NCBI GenBank assembly: GCA_900617105.1
Contig: UYFQ01000809.1
Coordinates: 1 to 55,529 of the forward strand
Origin: Hydrurus foetidus
Taxonomy: Eukaryota
Length of the DNA: 55,529 nucleotides
Direction: 5' to 3'
The number at the start of each line of letters is the position of its first letter. Position 1 is the first letter of the stretch. Shown here in pieces: positions 21,187-33,500 of the stretch. Below the pieces are notes generated by a model that searched no databases, was not told where the DNA came from, and was given only the letters and a program-made list of their open reading frames with translations. Made by a program: the position numbers and the translations under genes.

Positions 21187-22350
21187 ATGGTGTTCAAGCT
21201 CGTGAGTCGTCGCGAGCCATCAGGAGACTCGATTCTGGAATTCGGGAGCTTTCAGAATTGCTTCCCAATAAATAGTGAAGTAGTTGAAGTCCTCAAGGGC
21301 GATTGCAGAGAAGCCTTCGCTTGCATGAATAGGACGGATGATGACGATGCCTCAAGCATTGATTCCAACGAGTATCATAATAGCGGATCAACCTATTTCA
21401 TTAGTTCCGACACGCCTCCAAGGTGCCGCCTTGAGCAGCTCGCCCTGATTATTCTCCATTTTCACACAAAATCAAGCTCTTATGATGCTAGCACGAGTGG
21501 TTGTGAGTGGTGGACCCAGGTCGTTGATTGTGAAGATGACATAGGCTTTCACTGGGATCGTGACTACGGTCATGAAGAAAGCACTGGGGAAAATCTCTAT
21601 CCCCAATTGGCTACAGTTACATACCTGACAGATAGCGGCGGTCCAACTGTGATAATCAACAAAGCCGGATGCCTAAATAGCGGAGATGATCATTCTGGAA
21701 CTGCAAACAGAGCGATACTGAGCAAGCCTTTGATTGGGAAGCATATTAAGTTTGACGGACGTTTCCTCCACGCTGCTCCATCCAACCTAATTCCAGAGAA
21801 CAAGTTAAAGTTAAATCAGAAAGAAAAAGAAGTAGTGAAAGAGAAGACGTACAGGATAACTTTCCTTGTAAATATCTGGCTGAATCACATACCTCGAAAA
21901 GCTGTACCCTTTCCAAGGTCTTCATTGCGAAATTTCAGTACATCACTATTATCTCCTGAGCTGTTTTCATTCGGACAAACAAAGAGCACCAATGCTCCAC
22001 TAACAAAGAGCAATAAAAAGCAAACATCTTTAACGGACAGCAGCATTGCTGCCGCCATTGTTCCAGAATATCCACTTCCACTTACTTCCAATCTTCCTCT
22101 CGATCTCCACTCATGGACCTTCGTAAACGGAGGAAGAAAATATCGAGTTTCCGTCCCTCTTCCTAAGCCTGAAATACTTCGAAAAATGACTCTTGATAAT
22201 AGTGCTATACTTTTAACTTACAATGAATATGGAGTGATTTGCAAGGTGGAATGTATCGATTCTAATTCTGATTTGATTTCTCATGGTGATGCGAATTGCT
22301 GTAGGAAAAGAAAAAGATATTGGAGACCTCTTCATTTAGGACCACATTAA
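21187..22350 (+). CDS. Putative 2-oxoglutarate/Fe(II)-dependent oxygenase-like protein
   Basis: Intronless ORF with EWW, FHWDRD (HxD), TVTYL, FDGRFLH and RITFLVNIW. Confidence 0.72.
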   Translation: MVFKLVSRREPSGDSILEFGSFQNCFPINSEVVEVLKGDCREAFACMNRTDDDDASSIDSNEYHNSGSTYFISSDTPPRCRLEQLALIILHFHTKSSSYDASTSGCEWWTQVVDCEDDIGFHWDRDYGHEESTGENLYPQLATVTYLTDSGGPTVIINKAGCLNSGDDHSGTANRAILSKPLIGKHIKFDGRFLHAAPSNLIPENKLKLNQKEKEVVKEKTYRITFLVNIWLNHIPRKAVPFPRSSLRNFSTSLLSPELFSFGQTKSTNAPLTKSNKKQTSLTDSSIAAAIVPEYPLPLTSNLPLDLHSWTFVNGGRKYRVSVPLPKPEILRKMTLDNSAILLTYNEYGVICKVECIDSNSDLISHGDANCCRKRKRYWRPLHLGPH

Positions 22351-23797
22351 ATACATTGATAATTCACTCATTTTCTTGATATTTATCTCAGAGAAAGTAT
22401 CAGTAATAGTTCACAGCCAATTATGTCGCGCACAATACTTTTATGTCTATTTTCATATGACTGATTTAATTGAACAAGTGACATCGCACTTTTGGTAGCT
22501 GTTAATGTATTGGAACTAAGTAATTTGCTATAATTAAGACGGTCATAGAGATCTTAGGCACTTCAAGTCAATTTCTATTTTGTCATTTTGATAGACGGCA
22601 TTACGGTAATAAATCAATGCTTTCGAATTCAACATTGCAGCACAGCAGCAGCAACAAAAGGTGAGTATGACCAGTTGCACAAACAGTAAAGTAGAATATA
22701 CGCAATTCGCGCCTTTTCGGTGAATTGTGCACATACACACACGACAGACACACATACGAACAGTGTACGTATGTACGTAATTTATGCGTACATACGTAAG
22801 AAAACGCAAGGAAAGACGCAGAAAAAAGTGCTGCATTAAACCGAATGTAATTATTCCTCTCTTCTCTGATAATCAAACATGCAATATAGAGCACTAGATT
22901 GATACAAATTTGTGATACAGTTCAACTTTGAGAAGATGTAATCTGCTCATATGATATATGCCATATAATAACAATTTGCAGTGTTATCGTCAACAGTGGT
23001 AATAGAAAATTTGAAGAACCGACAACATCAGCAACAAACTGCTACTTATTAATTATGATTTCTTAATTATTATTTATTAATTATCATTTGTTACTTCAAT
23101 TGGGGAAGCTCCACGTGTTCATGGTGCTTCTAACTGATCAATCTCTTATATGCGTTGCAAGCGCCACGTGGATTACAATTGGAGACTCTAGAACATCTCA
23201 CAGAGTCGCGGTAATCAAGAATTCATTGGAGTATCACACAACAGCACTGTTCACTATCGAAGACAACAAGAATGACATCGTAATTTTTATTGGTGCTTCC
23301 CATAATTATTTCACATTTCTCATTTCTTATCCCGCGGGGATACTCTGTCCGTAAACCTGATCTACTGTATCTTTGATCAGACACACAACGTGATAATCTT
23401 TTACACCTCATCAACAATACTACAGTTAATCTTACAAAATAAAAGATTCTGACGTGAAAAAGAGTAGAAAATAATGTTAATGATTAATCATTTCTAATGG
23501 CATCTACAGTAATAGGTCACCCTCGTCACTTCAAGTCACTACATGCGTGTGGGCACTTGGGCATTTCAAACTTCAGTACCCAGATTCGGTTTGCGTTGTA
23601 TTTGACGTCTCTACGAAAAAAAAGTCTTGGGATACGAAAAAGTAACTGTTTTTTCGTGTCTTGCTGTCACCAGCCTGTAAATTGTTCGAAGGAGAACGAG
23701 AAAAGACAATTGTCCAATCGATCAGTCGATGTCGTCAAGCAATGAGCATCGACAAATATCGTCCAGGCTAAAATTCTACCTGCAACGACAATTGAGA

Positions 23798-24758
23798 ATG
23801 GCAACTGGTAAGTTATGCGGCAAAGAAGTTGTTTATTGAAAAAAATGGATCTCATTACCTTTTCGATTTCAAATTACAGAGCAGGAAGAAGTCACATATG
23901 AAGAAGTTGTGGAGGGCCCTCAACCTCACGTGATTGAAACAGGAGACTCAGTAAAAGTCAAACAAGTTCTAGATGATGCCACAAGTGAAATACTCATCGA
24001 AAGTGGATTCCAACCAAATTACTTCTGGGAGAATATGAAGCTTTTCCTCATGTTTATGTCTTGCGTCTTCGCGATGATAGCACAGTTTTATCCTATTCCA
24101 TTTCCGGACAGTCGGCCTCTTCTAGGATTTTGCTGTGCTATGTACTTCATTTTAAGCACAGTATTGCAGGGGATGATTACTTACATTGACAAAGATATCA
24201 TTTTGATAGGGAAAGCTGACCCTGTAAGTTTTACGTCACTCACAGTCAATCTTTTCTTGGGAAGTTAAACTTCGGAGCGTCACTGCTGTACGGCATGTCA
24301 CTGATTTTAATATATCTCACCCAATTCTTTCCATCCTCCAATTGTTCTTTTTAGGCATCCGGCAAAGTTGTTCTTATCAGAACGAACTTTCAGAGATTCC
24401 AAGAATTCTTCGAGATTATTATTCAATATCAAGAGAAGGGGAAGAAGGATCCGCCAAGTTGCGCCACGACAGCCTCCATGTATGTCGGAAAATACTTCAC
24501 AGTGAAAGGAGAATTCGACCAGGTAAAGTAATCTTCCTGAACTCTTCAAGAATATTCTTGAAGAACATTCTTGGAGAATCTTCTACAAAGAACACGATAG
24601 GAGTAACTTTAACTGGAATGACATGACATCTAATGGACTCTTTTGATTCGAATTTCAAAATTCCATAGGCCGGATATGCGAAGGACTTATTGCAGCACAT
24701 GGAGAGATTCAAGAAAGACATGTTCAGAGAATTTGAGTACAGTCACAAATCAGATTAA
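23798..24758 (+). CDS. SPCS2: Signal peptidase complex subunit 2 (SPC25); exons 23798-23807, 23880-24223, 24355-24522, 24669-24758
   Basis: VKQVLDD, two TM helices, YFILS, GKYFTVKGEF; splice phases are consistent. Confidence 0.88.
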
Positions 24759-25886
24759 ATACAGATTAAATTCAACTCAGCTCTCACGAGTAGTCTTTCG
24801 AGAAGAGTGCTGGCATGGCATTGATAACCTTTTGGCGACAAATTAGTGCTACTTCACTCACTCACGCTCCATTGGCTAGAGATGTAAATAAATAGAGAAT
24901 GCGATATTTTCGTATATGAATTATTTCTATCTACATCCTTTTTAGTATCTTTGATCTTGTTTTATGGAGTGCGATTACATCAAATGATAGGATTTATTGG
25001 AGGAGTAACAAAGTGCTACAGTACAGTGCAGTACGTGCACATGCTGTAGCGGATGAAGGGTGCGGTATGCAATCAATCATCCATCTAGAATGCGGGAGTG
25101 TTGAATGTCTGATGTTAAACGTGCTGCTTTTACGTATATTAGACTACAGCTTAGTGATATCACGTTTGTTAGAGTACGTAAAAGCGATCATTCGAAAAAT
25201 GTTCATATCCGTTACAGTACTCCACTGACACGGCAATGCGGAATTCTGAAGGTCCATAGTCCTGTAAAAACTATTTCTGGAGCACGATTTCTAATTTCAT
25301 ATTTTCTTGTGAGATTAGACGGCACTAAAATAAAATTGAGGTTGACAAGTTGGTTAAGTTTCAATCTATCTTTGATTCCTACAAGTAGCTGAATTCGTCA
25401 ACTGATATTAAAAATGAAAATATTTTCCTCATGTTACCTGTTCAGTATGGGGGCTCCATACTAAACAGGAACCATTTTATTCTGCTCCCTTAATATTTGA
25501 TTCTTCTTTGCATTCCAATTTTGTGTATCATTGATCCATGGCACGAAGTATGAAGATAACAACTACACCGTAAAATATCTACTTCGTAATTGGTGGTACA
25601 TCGTGTAGGTGACGAATATAGAATATAGAATATAGTACATGTTTCCGAAAATAAAGTTCTCGATTCCACGTTTTTGAATTTATTTTTTACCTACACTGTA
25701 TTCACTCACTATTCACTGATAATAATGAACCCAACCCCAGTAGCTAATATAATAGCCACTGAGACGTTCCTGTGGGTTATTATCAGCAAACTTTTGCGTG
25801 GCAAGGTTACTACTAAATCCACAATTGACGAATTTTATCAACTGTAGGTTGCTGAAGTCATTTTGATTGCATATTTAATTACTCCG

Positions 25887-27481
25887 ATGAACGTCGATGA
25901 TGGAAGTGATCTGCTCGCTGAGCAACTTCTCGCCGACCTGCTGTTGTCGATTGAATCGCGTAATATGGCCGAAATCTACAATCACTTGACTTGGCTGAAA
26001 TCCTTGCAAGCCCGAGCGCACTCTATCTACAGCTACTTCAATCGCCTAGATACCGCTACAACATCAGAAGCGCTCAGTCAAGCTCAAAGCTTGATGGTCA
26101 CATGGAGGAATGAGCTCAAAGAAGGCGATTACATCGATAAATTCAGCGAAGTTGATGCGGTAGGTATTCATGATGTGATACTCTGGTGAAGCTCACAAAG
26201 AGATCCTAAATTACGTCACAACGATATCACTTTCAGGGCTGGTATAACGCGAGGATTCTAAGTCGCAATGGTGACATACTAAGGGTGCATTACTTGAATT
26301 GGACTGAGAAATATGACAGTGACATTAATCGTAATGACGCGACGTTGATACCGTACACAGCAAGGACTAAAGAACATTCTTCTACCAAACGCAAAAAAAT
26401 ATCAATTATCGCAACAGTTCCACCAGCTGCCGATTTGCTCTATCCTTCCGACTTAATATTACCAGCTGTGGTAGAGGTTGAAGTTCATAGAATTGCGAAG
26501 AACTCTCTTTTTAATACTGAATTGGTGTCGAGGTCGGGTAGAGCTGCCAGAGCATCGATATCTCCAATAAAAAATGGAAAAATTCTATCAGGCAAAGCAC
26601 ATCTCGTGGAAGACAGCACCATCAGCAGTATAGACATATCGACAGGAACAATAGACGAAGGGAGCGACTTAGGAACTGATGCTACTGCTGATGGTATTAT
26701 TGGATTTCTTTCATCATCTTCTGGAGATATTCTTGATAAAAAGTGCACACAACTTTTGAATGGACGAGAATATGGGACAGGTGACCTACACAACTTTCGG
26801 CTGATTTATCAATTATATATCAATTATGTGCCGAGACAGAGAAAGGAATAATCCTAACGGCTAAAGCTTATTACACTAAATGCGTCTTCGAATCCTGTTT
26901 TTTTTATTATTTGATCTGATCTTCGTCACTGTAATACTGAACCCAGACCACCACACACCACAAAACGACAACGTACTCACCTTATTAGTTTGAGAAATTT
27001 CATCTCCGAAGTAAAACTTAACAAAGTGTATGTATGTTGTCGTTTATAGCTGTGTGGTGGTCTGGGTCCAGCATTACAGTGAATCAAATTGAATGATCGA
27101 TAAAACACGAGCTATGCACTGCGAATTGCGTGTAACACCATCCTATCTCAATGTATTAAGTGAGTAATCCAGCATTGATTATACCTTGCTACATTATGTT
27201 AGATATCAGTCACTGTGCAACTACTGGCTAGGTTGTGAGTGTCTTCGATTACTCTCAAAGGACCCTACAACTAATTTAAATATGACCATAAAGGACTATG
27301 AAGATATACACACATCAACCTAATGTCTCAAATGATTAAAATATATTGTATCACATTGCATCGCGGCTTCACAGTGCATACAAACATTCACAGCGTAATA
27401 TCTTACAGAATGACATCTCCGGAATTTGATAACACAGCTTTTCATTAAATGACACCACGTTACTTTTATTCTGTTCACTTT

Positions 27482-27553
<72 letters not shown>

Positions 27554-30514
27554 TTTTTTTATTGTTTACTACTTATTATCTTAGTACACGTACATCTTAA
27601 TTCATTGCATCACTCATATTTCATTTTCAATGACTATACAAACTAGACAACAATGAGTGGATATGCGGCGTGTGTGGGTTTCTCAATGCTTTAGATGGAT
27701 CCGATCTCGTTCTTTGCGATGGACCTTGTTTAAGTTCCTACCATCTGGGATGTCTAGATGCACGTAGTAAAAAGGTAAATATCTGTGTTTTTTATTTGGA
27801 TTTATTTGGCTAAGCTCTTGTATTGCATCGGTTTGTAACGCACTGTACTGTGCTGTATTATATTGTACTGTACTATACTGTACTATACTGTACTATACTG
27901 TACTGTACTGTACTGTACTGTGCTGTACTGTTCTGTACCGTACTGTGCTGTACTGCACTGTACTGTACTGTACTGTATTGTACTGTACTGTACAGCATTG
28001 TACTGTGCTGTACTGCACTGTACTGTGCTGTGCTGTGCTGTACTGTACTGCATTGTACTGTACTGTGCTGTGCTGTGCTGTGCTGTGCTGTGCTGTGCTG
28101 TGCTGTACCGCTTTGTACAGTCCAGTACTGTATTGTACACTACTACATTATACTTTACTATGCTACGCTAATAAACTGCACTGCTCAATTCCTTTTCATC
28201 CTACAAATGAATTCTATTCGCCTCTCTCCAACCGACACACAAATTGCATCAGAAATATCTTGAAAGCGGAGAAAAAGACTGGCTGTGTAATGATTGCGTT
28301 ACCCACACACACAAGTGCTTCATTTGTCGAGTAAAAGGAATTGACATCTTGGAGGTCACGAAGTGCGACAGAAAAGTTTGTGGCAAATATTACCACACTG
28401 CTTGTTTAGAAGATTTGAACAACGGTCTACTACAAGTAAAGGTACGCACGTATTTTTTATGTCGATTTTTTTTATTAATTTAGTTATTTTATTTGTGAAT
28501 GGGTAAAATGTAATGCTGCTCCAATTTCATATTACGTACTTATAAATCTTATATCTCACATTTATTTGACATTCATTACACATTTTTTTCAAATTTATTT
28601 CACATCTATCACTTCTAGAAATCTATTACACTTGGATAGCACTTATGTCTCATATATTTCACAAATATTTAACACATACTACACATTCTACAAATTTATA
28701 ATTCACGCCACTAACATCTGTTACTTCTATAACGTATGTATTTCGCTTTTTTGTTTCACAAATTTCACATCAGATCGAAAGAGTTTTAACAAAAGTGCTG
28801 ATTCCAGTTCAAGTCCAAGAACCGTCAAACAGCGTTAAAGTCAAAGGAAAAAAAAGAAAAGTTTCGGATTCAGGTGGGCCCACTTGTCGCTGTATCTATT
28901 GAGCACAATATATTGATTATTATTTTGTTTGATTTTTCATTTGTTTTTATTCGTTTTTACTTCTTTTTTTTGTTATTCCTTTGTTCATGTGATTAAACAT
29001 TAACAATAAAATGTTTTGGTAGGTGATGAAGAGGATGAGATGGTGACAGAAGTCGAAATGGAAGAGAAAGAAATTGAGGTTGCTAAATTCTCATGTCCGT
29101 ACCATTATTGTCATACGTGCACGGAGCAGGGCAAGGTACGATTATTTGAAGACTATGTATAATGTGTACGTACTTCAGGATTATCTGCATACTTACAATT
29201 TCTTACGATCACTAAGAATTTTAGTGTATTGTAATTTTTTTACAACACTCTGAACGTAGTGTCTCCCAAGGGAAGGGGGGTGGGGCATATTTTACAATTG
29301 ATTGCGGTTATGTTTATCTTACATTTTTCTTCTTATTATTATTTTCTTTTGTTTGTCTTTCATCATCTTTCTTAAACGCATTCACTCCCTGTTCCCTCCT
29401 ACAGTAATTCCCCCTCTATTTCTCTCCCGTGTTCCCTCCCTTTCCGTCTTATTCCTGTTCCTCTATAAACGAATGTTAGTTGTACGCCTCTCCAACTCTC
29501 TAATTTAAAATGCCCCACGAACTCATATCGACACATTCATGTATTTTCAAAAATAAATAAATAAATCAACGGACATTCTTAAACATTATGCTCAATAGAA
29601 TAATAAATCAAATATTAAAATAGAGAAATCTACTTGTAACTCTTCAGAATATTTTCTCATTTTTCAACTGAAAAATTAGAAACTTCTACCAAAATTCGAT
29701 TCTTGATTTCCTCTACATTATGATACAGATACACTTTATCAAAGATGAAAATAACCTGCATTAAATGTCGCCCACTATTTCCGTCCCATTAAATGTCTCT
29801 TTTTATTCGCACTTCACTTCCTCACTTCTCACTTCTTAACTCTTCTTTCATTTCAATCTCTAACAGCCGAAAAGAAATAATTATAGAAAGCTACCAGCTG
29901 GTCTACACAAGTGCCATCTGTAAGTATTTCTGAAATAGCATCTAATTAATGTAAATTATGCTTGTACCGTGACCCGAAACCAAAATAACAACTTCGTTTG
30001 TTGACAAATAACACGTCACTTCAAAAACAATAGGAACACGTAATGTTGTCTCTTTTCTTCTCTTCTCTTCTCTTCTCTTCTCTGTCTACTAAGATGAGTT
30101 TTTTTCTGTCTAGCCATCTCTACCTACTTCCTCTCTAATTGTGTTTCTTATCAGTATTCTTTTTTTTTTCTGAATTATCTTTCTGCACTTCCTTACCTCT
30201 GATTTCTATTTCATTTTAATTCTCCGCTATCATTCTCTCTATTCTTTCTCTCGCCCCTTTCCTTTTACTTTCTTACTATCTCCTTGACCATCTCATTTCC
30301 CTTTTTCCCCTCCTCTTCCTCTTCCATCTCTGTCTCAATGAATTCCAGTTGCCCTAAAGGATTTCACGTTAATTGTATTCCTCCCGGTGCCCGCTTCTCC
30401 GCATCAACTTCGTGCTTGCTCTGTCCCGACCATCCGCTAGACCCCTTACCAGACAGAGATGTTACCAAGTGAGAACAGCACACACGACCGCGTACAATGT
30501 ACATACATACAGAC

Positions 30515-30578
<64 letters not shown>

Positions 30579-33500
30579 ACCCTGAAACAATTTTTACTTT
30601 TCCGTTCTGTGATGATAGGTTTACGAATTCGAAGAGCGCAGGGTGTGCGGTTTCTGAAATGTGGGATCAGGTAATACAAAATCTTCTTTTATCTTAAACA
30701 GCTAAAAAAATCGAATCACATAATGCGTCTAATATAAATTCTGTAACATCTTGATATTGTTTTAAATTTTCTCATTTTCTTTTTCCTTTCTGCTAGATTT
30801 TTTCTCCCTTCCTTGCCTCTCTTCAATTATATGTGGCTTCCTTTCTTAACTCATCTCCAGTTCTTAAACCCCTTCACTTCGCACTCTCTCCATCGTATTT
30901 TCGACAATTGTTACTAATATCGTTTCAACTCCGATTCCTTCGTCCTCTTCATCATCACCATCACCGTCTGATTGCCATCATCATTATTACCATCATCACC
31001 ATCACTGTCTGATTGCCATCATCATTATTACCATCATCATTATTACCATCATCATTATTGCCATCATCATTATTACCATCATCATTATTACCATCATCAC
31101 CATCACCGTCATCATGATTGCCATCATCATTATTGCCATCATCATTAATACCATCATCATTATTGCCATCATCATTATTACCATCATCATTATTACCATC
31201 ATCATTATTACCATCATCATTATACAAATAACGTACTAGGCTCAACCTATTTTACAAGGACTCTTTTTATTCTTTGTTTCTTTTTACATTTTTACACTCT
31301 TGCAAATCTTTCTCTCTTTTACTCTTCTCACCTTTTTCGTTTTCCTTCCATTTCTCCTTTTCTTTCTTTATTTCATCTTTCTCACTTTCTATTTTTCTTA
31401 CCACAGATTCCCCTACCCGACACTTTCCCTCGATCCGACTACCCCAATGATAATCACTTCCGACTACCCACACATTTTCAAATGGAAGTACAATCTCAGG
31501 TAATTATTTTCCTGACTGTGCAGAAAGTGATAGATCGCATGAAGATAAGTTATAAAATGTTAAGATTGATATTTGTGATGAGTAGCTATATTGTCATTCC
31601 TGCTGCTATTCTGATTACTCTTGTTACTGTTCCAATTATTGTTATAATTATTATCATCATAATTATTATTAGTATCATCATCATTATTATTGTAATTATT
31701 ATTATAGCTATTATTATTATTATTGTAATTATTATGATAACTATTATTATTATTTAGTAAGACAAGAACTGTGACAATAATTGCAATATACGGTATACAC
31801 ATTATTATTGGACCATCGCACTTATCTAGTCGCTTCTGTATATTATTCACAAATATTGAAAATGATGATAGACCAAAACTGTCTGATATTTCGAAATACT
31901 TTTAGTAGGATATTAGTACTACCTTATACAATTTTATTTTTATTTGTACTTGCACAGAAGTGTTACACTTTTTTTTAATTTTCTCCCTCTAAACCTTAGC
32001 TTTCTGTCTGCAAAGAATAAAAAGATGTCTAAAATAAATCTCATTTTTACGTTATGATGGTAATTCTGATAGACATTATAATTCTCGCATAATTATCGGT
32101 TACCTCCCGTGATATGATTATTCATCCAAATGTGCCTTGTCTAGCATCTCAATGCAATTCATTACACAACATTAATCTCTCTCTCTCTCCTAACCTCATT
32201 TTTATCAATTCAATTTCGTTAAATTCATGTATACCGGATCTTACCGGATACTTTAGCCGGCCGTGTTTAAAATGATCAGCAAGCTAGATTACGAATCACT
32301 TGGCCGTCCAGTCCCGCTAAATTACCCAGGTCCGGCCATTCGAGTCGGTCAACAATTATGACATTTGATATTCCTATCCTCGCTTATCGCTTCTGCTGTT
32401 CCGAATTACTCTCACGATGAACTTTCGCTTTCTTCCCCTTCGGTTCCTCTCCCTCACATCCCTCTCTTCCTCTCATTTTTTGTGTTTTCGTTCTTTTGTT
32501 CTGTCCTCCTATTATTTTTTCTATTCTTTTTCTTTTATGATTCTTTCTTTCATTGCTTCTTCCTTCTTTCTTTCTTTCTTTCCTTCCTTCCTTCCTTCCT
32601 TCCTTCCTTCCTTCCTTCCTTCCTTCCTTCCTTCCTTCCTTCCTTCCTTCCTTCCTTCCTTCCTTCCTTCCTTCTTTCCTTCCTTCCTTCCTTCCTTCCT
32701 TCCTTCCTTCTTTCTTTCCTTCCTTCTTTCCTCTTCTCTCTTCAACTCCTACCATTTATCCTGATTCCTTTTCGATTCATTTCTTTCCCTTCCAGATGAA
32801 GCTTGCAACTGTAAAGATTATTGTGGCGACACTTGTCTCAATAGGTGAGTGAAAAGATAACCCAATAAACATTCCAAATATTTCTTAATACTTCACTCCT
32901 CTCCTGTCATCTTTATTGTTGTCACTCGTCTTAGCTGTACGATTCGTCGCCTCTATCCTAATTTTTTCTCCATCGCTTCTCAAGCAAGTCTTCTCTGAAT
33001 TCGAAAGCGCTCATCTCTTTACTACTGTTTTCCCTTTTCTTCTTCTTTCTCTTCCTCTTCTTTAACGTTTCCTCTTCTTTTTTTCCTTCTTTTTTTCCTT
33101 TTTATTTTTTTTCTTCTACTACTTCTCCCATTTTTTCCTTTCCCTTTTTTCCAGAATTTCCAAAGTAGAGTGTTGCGAATCTCTGAAGCCCTCGGGGGAT
33201 AGTATTTGTGCGCTTGGTCCGAACTGCGGCAACAGAATGATACAGAATAAAGCTTACGCCAAGGTACAGTGATATGATGTGGTGTAGTGCAGTGTAGTGT
33301 AGTGTAAGGTAGTGTGATATGATGTGGTGTAGTGCAGTGTAGTGTAGTGTGGTGTAGTGTAGTGTAGTGCAGTGTAAGGTAGTGTGGTGTAGTGCAGTGT
33401 AGTGTAGTGTAGTGCAGTGTAGTGTAGTGTAGTGTAGTGCAGTGCAGTGTAGTGTAGTGTAGTGTAAGGTAGTGTGATATGATGTGGTGTAGTGCAGTGT

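Noticed and set aside
22400..23700. Short ORFs between the oxygenase and SPCS2
   Set aside because: AT-rich, with no motifs or consistent exon structure.
27823..28334. Cys/Tyr-rich ORFs on both strands
   Set aside because: Translations of the (TGTAC)n intronic satellite.
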